A stretch of 64,000 nt of DNA from contig ML978126.1 in assembly GCA_010015805.1 (NCBI GenBank), positions 930,001 through 994,000 on the forward strand, in the 5' to 3' direction. Numbering within the stretch: the first letter of the stretch is position 1; every line of letters starts with the position of its first letter. The notes beneath the pieces were generated by a model. It made no database searches. It was not told the DNA's origin and saw nothing but the letters and a program-made list of their open reading frames with translations. Origin of the DNA: Rhizodiscina lignyota (lineage: Eukaryota). Shown here in pieces: positions 24,889-36,258 of the stretch. The position numbers and the translations under genes are program-made.

Positions 24889-26953
24889 ATGGACGAACCG
24901 GGACCAGATCAGATCGTTCCCTCCAATGAGACTCGTCTCCAGAAGTTTGCGGGCAAAGGAAAGCGTTTATTCAAGGCGTTTACCACGAAGTATGTGAATC
25001 TGCGTACTCGATGATCCCTTTGAACCAGCCTCTTTCCATAATAATTTCTTTGGCACGCCCATTTGAAGACAGAGATGCTAGAAGCACCATTCTATTCAGC
25101 AAATAAATGCTCATATGAACAGGGACGGCCTGGTTGGTGATTACGACTATGCATTTCTCTTCAAGCCGAACATCCCTTTCATGAAGAAGGAACGCCGCGC
25201 TGCGCCATTCTTCGGATTGAACGATAGTATGCCCGTGGTTCTGGCTTTCCTCCTCGGTTTCCAGCACGCATTGTCGATGTTGGCGGGCATTATCACGCCT
25301 CCGATTATCTTAGCGGGAACAGGAGGTGCGAATCTCCCTCAGGAGCTGCAACAGTACTTGGTTTCGACATCTCTCATCGTCTGTGGTATACTCTCCTCTA
25401 TCCAGATTACGCGCTTCCACATTTACCGAACACCTTACTTTATTGGCACCGGATTGATCTCAGTCGTCGGAACGAGTTTCGCCACTATACCAGTTGCAAC
25501 GGGCGCTCTGGCGCAAATGTACTCGACGGGGTTCTGCCCTTCTGATGCGAATGGGACTCCACTCCCGTGCCCAGATGGATATGGTGCGATCATCGGAACT
25601 GCATGCTGCTGCGCGTTACTTGAAGTGCTCATGAGCTTTACGTCTCCCAAGTACTTAAAGAAATTTTTCCCGCCTCTTGTGACGTAAGTTCGATCCATAA
25701 GCTCTGCGATGGACGTTATACTAACAGATGTAGTGGCCCAACTGTAACTCTCATCGGTATGAGCCTTGTCACCTCCGGCTTCGAGGATTGGGCCGGTGGC
25801 TCTGGAACATGCATGTCTCGACCAACGAGTGGACTCTTCTCAGAGTGCCCGACACTTGGCTCTCCGCATGCCCTGCCTTGGGGCAGTGCCTCCTTCATCG
25901 GACTTGGATTCCTCGTATTCGTTACGATCATTATCTGCGAACGTTTCGGAAGCCCAATTATGAAATCGACAGCTGTTGTAATTGGCCTCCTTGTGGGCTG
26001 CATCGTAGCTGCAGCATGTGGCTACTTTGACCGCTCTGGAATCGACGCGGCCCCTGCAGCATCCTTTATATGGGTTCACACTTTCAAGCTCAGTGTTTAC
26101 GGTCCAATCGTGCTGCCTCTCCTGGCCGTATACATCGTCTTAGCTATGGAGGCCATCGGAGATATTACAGCAACTTGTGATGTGTCCCGCCTTGAAGTTG
26201 ACGGCAAGCTCTTCGACTCCCGTATCCAAGGTGGTGTGTTGGCCGATGGACTGAACGGTATCATCGCCGGACTTTGCACCATTACGCCCATGAGCACCTT
26301 CGCCCAGAACAACGGTGTCATTGCTTTGACCCGATGTGCAAACCGCAAGGCCGGCTACTGCTGCTGTTTCTGGCTCATCGTTATGGGTATCTTCTCCAAG
26401 TTCGCGGCAGCCTTGGTGGCCATTCCAAGTCCAGTTCTAGGGGGCATGACAACATTCCTCTTCTCCGCTGTGGCAATCTCCGGTATCCGCATTATCTCGA
26501 CGGTGCCATTCAGCAGGAGGAACAGGTTCGTCCTCACAGCAGCAATGGCTCCTGGCTTTGGCGCTACGCTCGTGCCCAAGTAAGTAACCCCAGGCCTAAT
26601 CAGATATCCCTTGAGCAGGAGCTGATATGAAATTTAGCTGGTTCTCCTATGTCTTCACCTACAGTGGCAACAACCATGCTCTTCTGGGCTTCTTCAATGC
26701 CATCGTGCTCGTGATGGAGACCGGTTTCGCGATCACCGCATTCCTTGCTCTTATTCTCAACCTGATCTTGCCAGAAGAGATCGAAGATGAAGAAACGCCG
26801 GAACTGACAGCCAATGATGTTGATGCTGAGAAGGACCAAGAAGAGTGGAATCGCATCGGGGGCAAGTCCGTCGATGTTGAAAATGGCCATGTAGGTAGCG
26901 TCGACGCCGGGTCACCGTCAGAGCTTGCTGAAGATGGACAAAAGAGGGACTGA
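24889..26953 (+). CDS. Uric acid/xanthine permease (NAT/NCS2 family, UapA/UapC-like); exons 24889-24989, 25123-25683, 25734-26579, 26638-26953
   Basis: GLVGDYDY N-terminal motif, LGFQH (TMS1), MEAIGD and NAT signature FAQNNGVIALTRCANR. Confidence 0.96.
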
Positions 26954-27674
26954 AATGCGCAAAACACGAAGCGGTAATGGATATATGCCCTGCATTTGTA
27001 TATATGGATCGTTGGTGAAGAGGTTATCACCATGTAGTCGTGATTGATTGAGCGGATGCTAGAAGCGTTGCGGCAAGTTTTGCTACTCGAGCGGATTATT
27101 TAATACCCAATGGAACGTTTATGACCATTTTACCTCCGGAATTGTACCCTTTCGATGTGCAAAGCTTGCTCAGAGTACATCCTTTCTCCAGCGCGGCAAT
27201 CCCCCAGACCACATCCAACATCATCAACTTGTCCACTTTTCGTAACCATCATCCACTGCTCCTCTCCCGGATGTTCAGGAACAGAATTCCCGTTTGCTTA
27301 ACTACCTTGTGTTGGCCCATTTATAGAGTGAGGAGCGTTTGAACTCGGGGAGATGAAGCTTATCGCTTCGACATTTGTCATCGCTAACATGCAACCGACA
27401 CACGTTCACAGCATCTCAATGTCAAAAACTCCCTACGTCATTGAAGGAATTTCAACGGAAGCACTTGGGAGGAGACAAGAAAGCGCCGTTTGGCAAACAC
27501 ATTCATTTACGCTGAATTACTGTCCGAGGTTCCATTGACATCATGAGGCGTTTTGAAGGTGCATCTTCCGATTGAGACAATCAATACAACTGTGGAGACG
27601 TCGGAGAGATGGTGTGGTACGGCGTTTTTATATACCGTAGAAGATATACAAATTTTGAGTTACAATAAGTCACG

Positions 27675-29530
27675 ATGCTATTACTTATTTCTATAATACT
27701 CTCAATTACCCTCCACTCAGTCTCTTTTGCTCCCTCTATCACCGCCGAAGCGCAAACGAAGAATGGGACAGTCGCTGGCATATACAATCCATACTACAAC
27801 CAAGATATTTTACTTGGTATCAAGTTCGCCCAAGATCCTGTTGGTGACTTGCGATTGAGGCTGCCTGTGCCAGTGAACACATCTTGGGCGGGAACTAAAG
27901 ACGCGACGAAACGCCCCGCCACCTGTCCCAGGTACAACTTCGATGACGGGCTCACCATAGGGGAAGATTGTCTCTCTTTAGACGTAGTACGCCCTGCGTC
28001 GACGAAGGCCGGAGATGACTTGCCCGTGCTGGTGTAGATTTATGGCGGTGGTGTGTCCTGCCAGTTCTGAAGTGCGGCAGTTCAGACTAGTAGTACCAGG
28101 CTACATTGGCGGAGGAACAGCGGATCCTCGATTCAATGGCACATTCCTTGTCCATGAGTCTGTAGAGATGGGATCACCTATCGTTTTGGTGGCAATCAAC
28201 TATCGCGTTATGGGCTTTGGATTCCTCGCCTCGAAGGAAGTTGTTGAGGCGGGTATTCGTAATCTCGGGTTCCAGGATCAGCGACTGGCGTTGCGATGGA
28301 CCCAGGAGAATATACGGGACTTTGGAGGTGATCCGGACAAAGTGGGTTCATCGTGTCGCAGAATGAAACTTGGAACTGATATCAGTTGAGGTCACTATTT
28401 GGGGTGAGAGTGCCGGAGCGACCAGTGCTAGCTTGCAACTGTTGACAAACGACGGTGATAATGAAGGCCTCTTCAGATCTCTAATCACCGAGAGTGGATC
28501 GCTCGTGGGAGACCATTGTGAGTTGCTTCGGCTGTATTCCGAAATTGTCTCGACGTTGAATTTAGCCTATCCGGCAGTCAATACCGTTCTGCAGCTTGCT
28601 TCGACTTGCCAGCTAGTGTACGACAATATCACCAAGGTCGTTGGTTGTGCTAATGCCTCAGATACGCTGGACTGTCTCCGCTCTGTTCCTTTCGATATCC
28701 TGATCCAGTGATGCGTGTGCAGATGTTCCCCATAATTGACGGGACGTTTCTCAAGCATTTGCCCTCGGAATCCTTTGCTATCGGAAAGATCGCCAAGAAC
28801 GTTGCTATCCTCATAGGATCGAATACGGATGAGTGTACTCCTCCTTGCTTCGGGCCTCGACGCATCTGAATACTAATGCGGACGTCCATAATTGGCTCGC
28901 ATCGGCGGGTACTCTGAATAATGCGAGTATCGCAGTGGCGATAGAGCTCTACCCCAGACCATCCTGTTCTCGGCTGTCTGTTCGGAACTGGAGAAGAGCG
29001 CTTCGCTTCTGAAGGCTTCCAATATAAGCGAGGGGCGGCTGTGGAGGGGACTTTTCCATTCATGCGGGTAGACGATAAATGGCGAGGTATTGATCCAAGG
29101 AGAGTAGCCAGCCAGTCTACACGTTCAGGTTCGACACCGTGCCTTGGAACGGGAAGGAGGACCATATAGACACAGTTCCTCATATATGTCACCTACTTCA
29201 GCGAAGTAAGTCCAGTTTCTGACCAAGTATTGTTGATGATTCGTGCAGATTGTCCATGTTTTCCACAATTTCTAGAATAACACCGACTAAATAGGGCCCT
29301 TTCAGCCTTATCGGGATTTGTCAACTGCAATGTCGCGCTCCTGGTTGTCCTTCGCAGCGTATCAGGACCCAAACCGACATGGAGTGGCGCATGTTCCGTA
29401 TTGGCCGCAATACAGAAACAGCGAGCGAAACATTCTTTAGCGGGCTAGCGGCATAACGACGGAAAAGGATGACTGGCAAGAGAAGCAGTTGCGCTTCTGG
29501 CCTACGGTATGGAAAGAACTGAAAAGTTGA
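27675..29530 (+). pseudogene. Disrupted secreted type-B carboxylesterase/lipase
   Basis: EDCLSL, LPVLV*IYGGG (TAG at 28035 where W is expected), GESAG nucleophile motif. Further stop plus frameshift at about 28709, frameshift and stop near 29045-29078, and YVTYFSE where the catalytic His is expected. Confidence 0.88.
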
Positions 29531-32500
29531 ATATGAGACACAGAACGCGCTGAAGATGCATATCATGGTTGCATTGGCAGAAGACAACTTGACTCTGCCA
29601 TCGACACGCAGATAGTTGGAATTGCACTTATTAAATGCCCTTGCGAATTTATGTGCCTAAAAGCTGGACGATCCGCTTGGAGTGGTTGTAGGACGTCCTC
29701 CCATGTGCTAGGTATAAAGGGCCAAGGCGATTCCCTATTCTCGACCTCAGCAGAATTGAACCTGGGCAATCACCCCGTCGAGCCTCCAGCGGAGTTCAGC
29801 ATTAGTCTCGACAACAGCTTTAGATCATCATTGTACATTAAGTAATGCTCAAAATCAAGGTGAAGAGATGCTGAAGATCATCATTGCATGTCCGTGGTGT
29901 AGAGCGCGGTCGCGGATTGATCGCCATCGCTGGCGAATTCTGCAGCTTGAGAAATCTGTTCGTTGATTCAACGAGCAAGCGACGAGCTGACGAAGGATTT
30001 GCTCCATTTGGAATTCGCCATGTGCAAGTCTGAGATCCATCATCTTCCCATAGCTTTTATGTTTACTCTCTTGCTCCGTTACCTGGACGTAGTCACCGAA
30101 TGCTCCCGAGCTTGCAAATGTCATCATTGCGGAGCGCTCGTCTCGCTCGTCGTCCTCCACTACATCATGTAATTGTCTTGTCACCATGCTCGTAAATTGG
30201 ATACCAGACTGGCTGAATCGGTTTGTCGGAACGGTTTTCTATATGGAAGATCGCGAAAATGCCATGATTCTTACGGATGTGTATATCATACTCTTCTCCA
30301 TGGTGTGTGGGATTCGTCTGAACCTCTCTGGATATCTGGATTCACATGAAAAAGCAGCCTCTTGCAAACCTCGAGCCGTACCTTACCGTGAGCGATACAG
30401 TAATCAGTGTAAAGATGCGAAGGATACTGCAAACGTGAGGAAGTTGTGTCTTCCCTATCATCGGATCGGACACTATCGGAACAGGCCCCGATTTGCTCGA
30501 TCGCGCGGTCAGTGAGACAAGCCGTTCGTCTTTCACATGTCTTTGATGTCAGAGCGCTTCTCAACGAATCTCCAGCGTATGGGAGTTCTGCGGAGCTTCT
30601 GAGCTCATGATGCTTGGCGGAGAAAAGGAGATCCACAAAAAGGTGAAAAGTCAATTTCGTTGCCTCCGACGGAAAGGACATTGGGAGAAGTTCGAAACCG
30701 GAGATTCCCGCAGTGTAACTTTCCGTGGCGCGGATTTCCTATTCTGGATAGAGGCGAAGACACAAAGAAGTGCTCTCACAGAGTCGAGACCCCAGGAATC
30801 AGATCACGAGGATCATTGTGGGGAAGCAAAGCCGTTCCAGAATCAAGCCTCACGATGAACGAGTCGCGGAACTCTTCTCCAGAGTCTAGCAGTGAACGTA
30901 CGGGACGGTCCATTAGACTTCGTCCTGAGTTGCCTTCTCGGTCAAGCGATACGGAAAGGATATGTAGCAACAGTTAGATCGACAGGAGGCGGTTAAACCC
31001 TCATGCAAGCCAAATCTACGAGTCTCGGTTGACCATGCAGGGCGAGCTAGAGAAGAAGAGTCATTAGTAGAGCGCAGAGCAATGGCGACGGCGTCAGGCG
31101 CGACCGAATGGCGTGCTCAGGCAACTGCATGGAAAGAGCCGCACCACCATGGCACGATACAAAGTCTGCCGCAGATTCTCAATCAAAGGGCCCAGACCAT
31201 ACGGGTAGTTTGAGCTCTAGAGAACACGTGCGCGTCCTAGTTCTGAAAACTTTGAAATGAAGTGGAACCCGGATACGACTGTTACGGAGCACCAGAATTC
31301 GCGATGAGAGCCCGGCGAAGAGGATGAAGCTATCTTAGATAAAGCGGATATCAGCTTCCACTCCATCGTCAACGTTTTCTCGCCCGGAGTGACTTTCGGT
31401 GCGATTGGATGTACCCGTCGGATAAGACTCGGCAGACCGAAGTTCAACAAATTTTGTTCTGGGGTACCCTTAGTCCCAAAGGTGGCCTCCATCTCGCGAT
31501 GCTATTCGTGTGCCTGGCTGTGGGGCCGATGTCTTCTCCATAAAAATCTCTTTCAACGTACAAACGCGTCTGCGTTCGCGTGGCTGGTGACGGCAATGAT
31601 GCAACGTCATGAGCATGTGAAAGCCGGGTATATGACGGCAATATTCGTAAGTGGCAGTAAGCGTGATGAGAGATGGCGATAGTTGGAACTGTTCGAGCTG
31701 AAGTCGCGGTCTTGACGCGATGGTGGCTAATTCGAGTTTTTCCGGCGGCGAGCTTCGATTGTTGGGGAAGGTACCCAGTACAGGTGCGTCACGTATTTTG
31801 CCGTGTGGCGAGCGGTACCTCTACCTCCATCGCTCCCTTTATCGCCTGCGACGCGAGTCAGTCAAGGATCTCACTCATCAGGCGCTTACAGGTTCCCGGT
31901 ACTGGTACTCTAGCGCGAGGCTCCCTAATCACTTTTCTGGGGACGGCTCCTGACGTGCATGGCGGACATTCCAGCTGTCGTAATTCGACTTCCTTTTCGT
32001 ACAGTGGCCTCAACAGCTTTCTGTCGTCGGCCAGCGCGGTATTTCCAAATGCGGTGTGAGAATGAGCTATTTCGAGCGGACAGGCATTTCGGCGCGCACT
32101 CCCGCATATCGATTTAGGCCCAAGCCACGCCGCCACAAACGTGGCCGAATCGCGTCCTAAAGTCTGGGGTGACGTGGGGGTCGCGATATCAGTCTTGGTA
32201 TCATGGGCATTCTTCGAATTGAAAAGGCTGCAACAACGCCGCTAATCGAGTATTTCTTAAGGTGTTTCGATATATATCTCTCTTGAACATGTTGCTGTCT
32301 GCGTTGGTTCCAGTGTATAGCGAACGTTTGCTCATGAAAATGATGACGAGAGCCTAGAATACAATTGAGCTTGATTCCCTCAAGTAATTCATTACTCCGA
32401 GCTTTTTACCCTGTCTCCATTATCTACTCGTTACAAATTGGCTCTTTGGAGCCTTCGTATTTCGTGTTTGCGCCTTCCGTAATTGAGCAGGTGTGGTCCG

Positions 32501-34929
32501 AGTGAGATCGTACAATAGTGAGGCTTCTTTTTACGCCGCAATGAACGTGGGAGTTCATTGAACCGTTCCTTTCGCTTGTCACGTCAACCTCTGCGTTTCA
32601 ACCTGCGTTCGAGGCGGACCGGGTGCCGCAGACGAAGGGCAGAGCCTAGAACTGGCCGTATGGTATCATAATGTCCGATCCAGAGGGGATGAACGCTGAA
32701 AGCTTAATCACGTTACACCTGCCCCAAAACCTGAAGAAGGCGTCTCCTGCGATCCAACAGGAGCGCTCGGTGCTGCTTCGTTGCAGCTCCAAATCAAGCC
32801 CCCGTGTGACACGACTTACCATCGGTGCATTTCGCACTGCTCATAGGTCATAGAGAGGCGCCTGCAACCAAGTTCGTGGAACATTTCTCCACGCACTCCA
32901 GCTGAGCATATCTTTTGGTTGCTTATTGCGTCGGAGTTGTTGGAATGCGACGGGAGGAACAAAAGAAATATATTGGCGGCAACCCCACATTCCACGACCT
33001 CCTTCGTGAGCCCGAGATAGTGGTGATTGGGTCCTGGTGCAGGCGCCTCCGTCTAAATTTCTCTGACATGAGCGTGTGTGACGGCTGTGCAAAGGAGACA
33101 CGAAGCACGACTTGCGACAGTCGGTTGGACGCGGCGAGCAGCACTTTGGGGGGATCTCCCCAAACAACCACCATCCATGCAGCCCGTCGCAGTCCGTTCC
33201 AAGAATGACGAGTGGTAGGATTCAAGGCTGGGGCGCTCAGACGGAGTCCGCAAGACAGGCATTATTAGTGAATCTCAGTCAATGATCAGCACCAGCCCGA
33301 GTCTTAGCAAGGACGAGAGGACACGGCTCTTGGTGCTTGACAGCCAATAGACGAGTATCTGCGGAAGCGGCGCCAGGCAGCAGAAATGCAGGAAGGCAGA
33401 CAGAGAGGGAGAGGAGCGGATGGAGAAAAGGTGAAAAGAATGTGACAGCGGTGGAAATGGTGACTGATTGCAATGCCATGTAACGGAAGCCTGGCCAGCG
33501 GCGCCTGCCTGCCTACCCCATGCTTACAACCCCAGATTCCTTCACCACATCAGCCGCTGGAGATCAGCAGTGACTTCATCTCGATGCGCGCCCCTTTCGC
33601 TGGCCTTATCAAGCAAGCGCACAGGTCCGAGTCGATGAGCACAGAGGCCCACTGCCGCTGACCCTCCGCCAGCTGGCTTGGAACAAGATACGCCCTGTCT
33701 CAAACACCCTCTCCCTGCTTGCGCCTGACGAGAACAAGCACGACGCTGGGCACGAAGGCAGCGATAACGGGCTTAAGCAGCACTTGTCAGTACTGCCCTC
33801 TCTATACGCCTCTCACCGCCCCGCTGCCCAGCTGCCAACCGCTCCGATTGTCGGTGTCGCTGTCTTTCCACCAACGGCAGTCTGCCCCCAGGCCGGCGTG
33901 TTCAGCATCGCAGCTGCATCCGCGCATAACATTCCTGCATTTCTGAGCTGTCTTATTAAGTGGCCTCTGTCCCCACAATTACCTTTTCTTGCAAAAGTGT
34001 GGAGACCACTCGATTCTGCGACATCGACCCAAACCAAAGCATCACCCTCGGCAAAGCGCTGCGTTGCTCGATAGCGCACGGCCAATCTCATCGCGTCCGG
34101 CAGTGGGCACAGGCGCTTGTCGGGTATATCGTACCTTGGTACCATTTGATGTGCCTCCGTACGGTACCATTCAGCCAGATCCAGCGTCTGCAAGCGTCAA
34201 ATTTTACTCTGCGCCCGGAGTGTGCACAATTCTCCACGCTCACTGCCACCTCCAGGTGCGACGGACGCGACGAATCTCCCTTCGTGCCTCCACGCGCCAG
34301 AGTCAGCTCATCAGCCGTGGCACCACAAGACGTGTTGGCCTCCATCATCAGCCTTCGACTCAGCCTCGTTGTTTAAGGTTCCTGCGTGGCCTTCCTCATT
34401 CACTGCCCCGGCCCCCCAAATCCCCCCAATCCCACGCCTGCTGGGCGCAGCGAGCACCTGGGGCAGCCGGCAGTACGGCCTTTTTCCCACTCGGGCCCAG
34501 GCACCACTCCTTTCACCCTCTACCGCGGACTCCTGGCCGGGCGTCCCATCCCACGCAGCGACCGTCGGGAAGGCACGGCACCTGGCTCTGAGGTACGGAA
34601 CACGTTCCCCACAGAATCGCCCACATCTCGCGCTCCCTTTCTGGCGCACGCACTACGGATCTCCTTTTCTAGGCCTTTCCCTCTCCTCCCCGGTTGACTG
34701 AGTTAGCGCCAGTCATCTCTTACTCGTACCGGCGCTTCCCACCTCACTGTCACTGCCACGGCGCCCACGATATTTCTCTAACCCACCCCCCATCATTCTC
34801 CACGTTTTCTGTCTCCGTTTTCTCCCACACACCACCAACCTTTTCGCTCCCACGCAATCCTACATTTGCCTTGCATATCTTTCTGCGTCACGTCAGCTGC
34901 ATCGCCTGACGTGCGCGGGTGCGGATCAC

Positions 34930-36258
34930 ATGCAAGCCTCACAACCCTCCGTCGATTTTCAGAAACTTCTTAATCCAGAGCAAGCCACCTCCGCCGCCGG
35001 CGTGCAGCAACAACAACCACAACCACTCCAAAATTCGGAACCCGCCCAGAACACCTTCTCGACGCCTACTGGTACCGGATCAAACGATCAATCAATCAAT
35101 ATGGCTACGGCCACCGTTTCCCTCATGACGCCAATGCTACAAAACTCCCAGGCCAACCACGACGAGGCACGACAAGATCTCCCTCGACCATACAAATGCC
35201 CTCTGTGCGATAAGGCATTTCACCGGCTGGAGCACCAGACGAGACACATAAGAACGCACACTGGTGAAAAACCACACGCCTGCCAATTTCCAGGGTGCAC
35301 AAAGCGCTTCAGTCGATCAGACGAGTTGACGCGGCACTCAAGAATACACAACAACCCCAACTCAAGAAGAGGAAACAAACAGCATGCCGCCGCCGCAGCA
35401 GCAGCAGCAAATGCTGGTCTTCTTGATGCTGGTAGCATCGCACACATGATGGCGCCGCCGAAAAGTATCTCGCGCTCTGCACCATCTTCCAACATCGGTT
35501 CACCCAACGTCTCTCCTCCTCACTCTTTCGCCACTACCTACACAAGCAGTCTTTCTCCATTTAACAGGAGTAACGGTGGTAGCCCGAATAACAGACCTCT
35601 GGATATGAACCTCTTGGTTTCTGCTGCATCGCAAGTCGAGCGAGAGCAGAACGCACCGAATCTGCCGTCCGCGCTTACCAGCAGACACTACAACAATCAC
35701 CAACATTTACATCATCCTTACCACAGTAGTCCGCGTCTTCCTGGTTTGGCGCAGTATGCTTATTCATCGCAACCCATGTCAAGATCGCACTCGCACGATG
35801 AAGATGACCAATACTCTCATCGCATGACGAAGAAGTCAAGACCTGCGTCTCCGCAGTCTACCGCACCGCCTTCTCCAACGTTTTCGCACGACTCAACGTC
35901 GCCGACGCCTGATCACACTCCTCTGGCGACTCCCGCGCACTCACCAAGACTGCGACCGCATGGATTCTCGGACTTCCACTTGCCCCACCTGCGACAGCTG
36001 TCCCTGAGCCATGCACCCGCTCTTGCACCCATGGAGCCTCAAGCAGACGGTCAACAGCCGTACATACCGAACAACAATCCTACAGTGAGGATCACCGATA
36101 TCATCTCCAAAACAGAAGGAGCGCAGAGAAAACTCCCCGTCCCGCAAGTCCCCAAGGTTGCGGTTCAGGATCTCCTCAACACCGGAAGTGGCTTTTCGTC
36201 CGGTGCATCTTCCGCAACTGGTTCGATTGCTGGAAACGATCTCATCGAGCGATTCTGA
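34930..36258 (+). CDS. creA: Carbon catabolite repressor CreA/Cre1 (two C2H2 zinc fingers); intronless
   Basis: [60 protein letters not shown], poly-Ala, SHDEDD acidic motif, [38 protein letters not shown]. Confidence 0.98.
   Translation: MQASQPSVDFQKLLNPEQATSAAGVQQQQPQPLQNSEPAQNTFSTPTGTGSNDQSINMATATVSLMTPMLQNSQANHDEARQDLPRPYKCPLCDKAFHRLEHQTRHIRTHTGEKPHACQFPGCTKRFSRSDELTRHSRIHNNPNSRRGNKQHAAAAAAAANAGLLDAGSIAHMMAPPKSISRSAPSSNIGSPNVSPPHSFATTYTSSLSPFNRSNGGSPNNRPLDMNLLVSAASQVEREQNAPNLPSALTSRHYNNHQHLHHPYHSSPRLPGLAQYAYSSQPMSRSHSHDEDDQYSHRMTKKSRPASPQSTAPPSPTFSHDSTSPTPDHTPLATPAHSPRLRPHGFSDFHLPHLRQLSLSHAPALAPMEPQADGQQPYIPNNNPTVRITDIISKTEGAQRKLPVPQVPKVAVQDLLNTGSGFSSGASSATGSIAGNDLIERF

Noticed and set aside
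28035..28037. Programmed readthrough or recoding of the in-frame TAG in the esterase
   Set aside because: Several additional frameshifts, stops and loss of the catalytic His indicate a pseudogene.
29120..29145. GGTTCGA T-loop-like motif suggesting a tRNA (also at about 13020)
   Set aside because: No cloverleaf or A-box; the 29127 copy lies inside the esterase pseudogene.
33784..34909. Overlapping 100-200-aa ORFs upstream of creA as genes
   Set aside because: GC-rich promoter/UTR DNA; most start at non-ATG codons, with no domain motifs or splice support.
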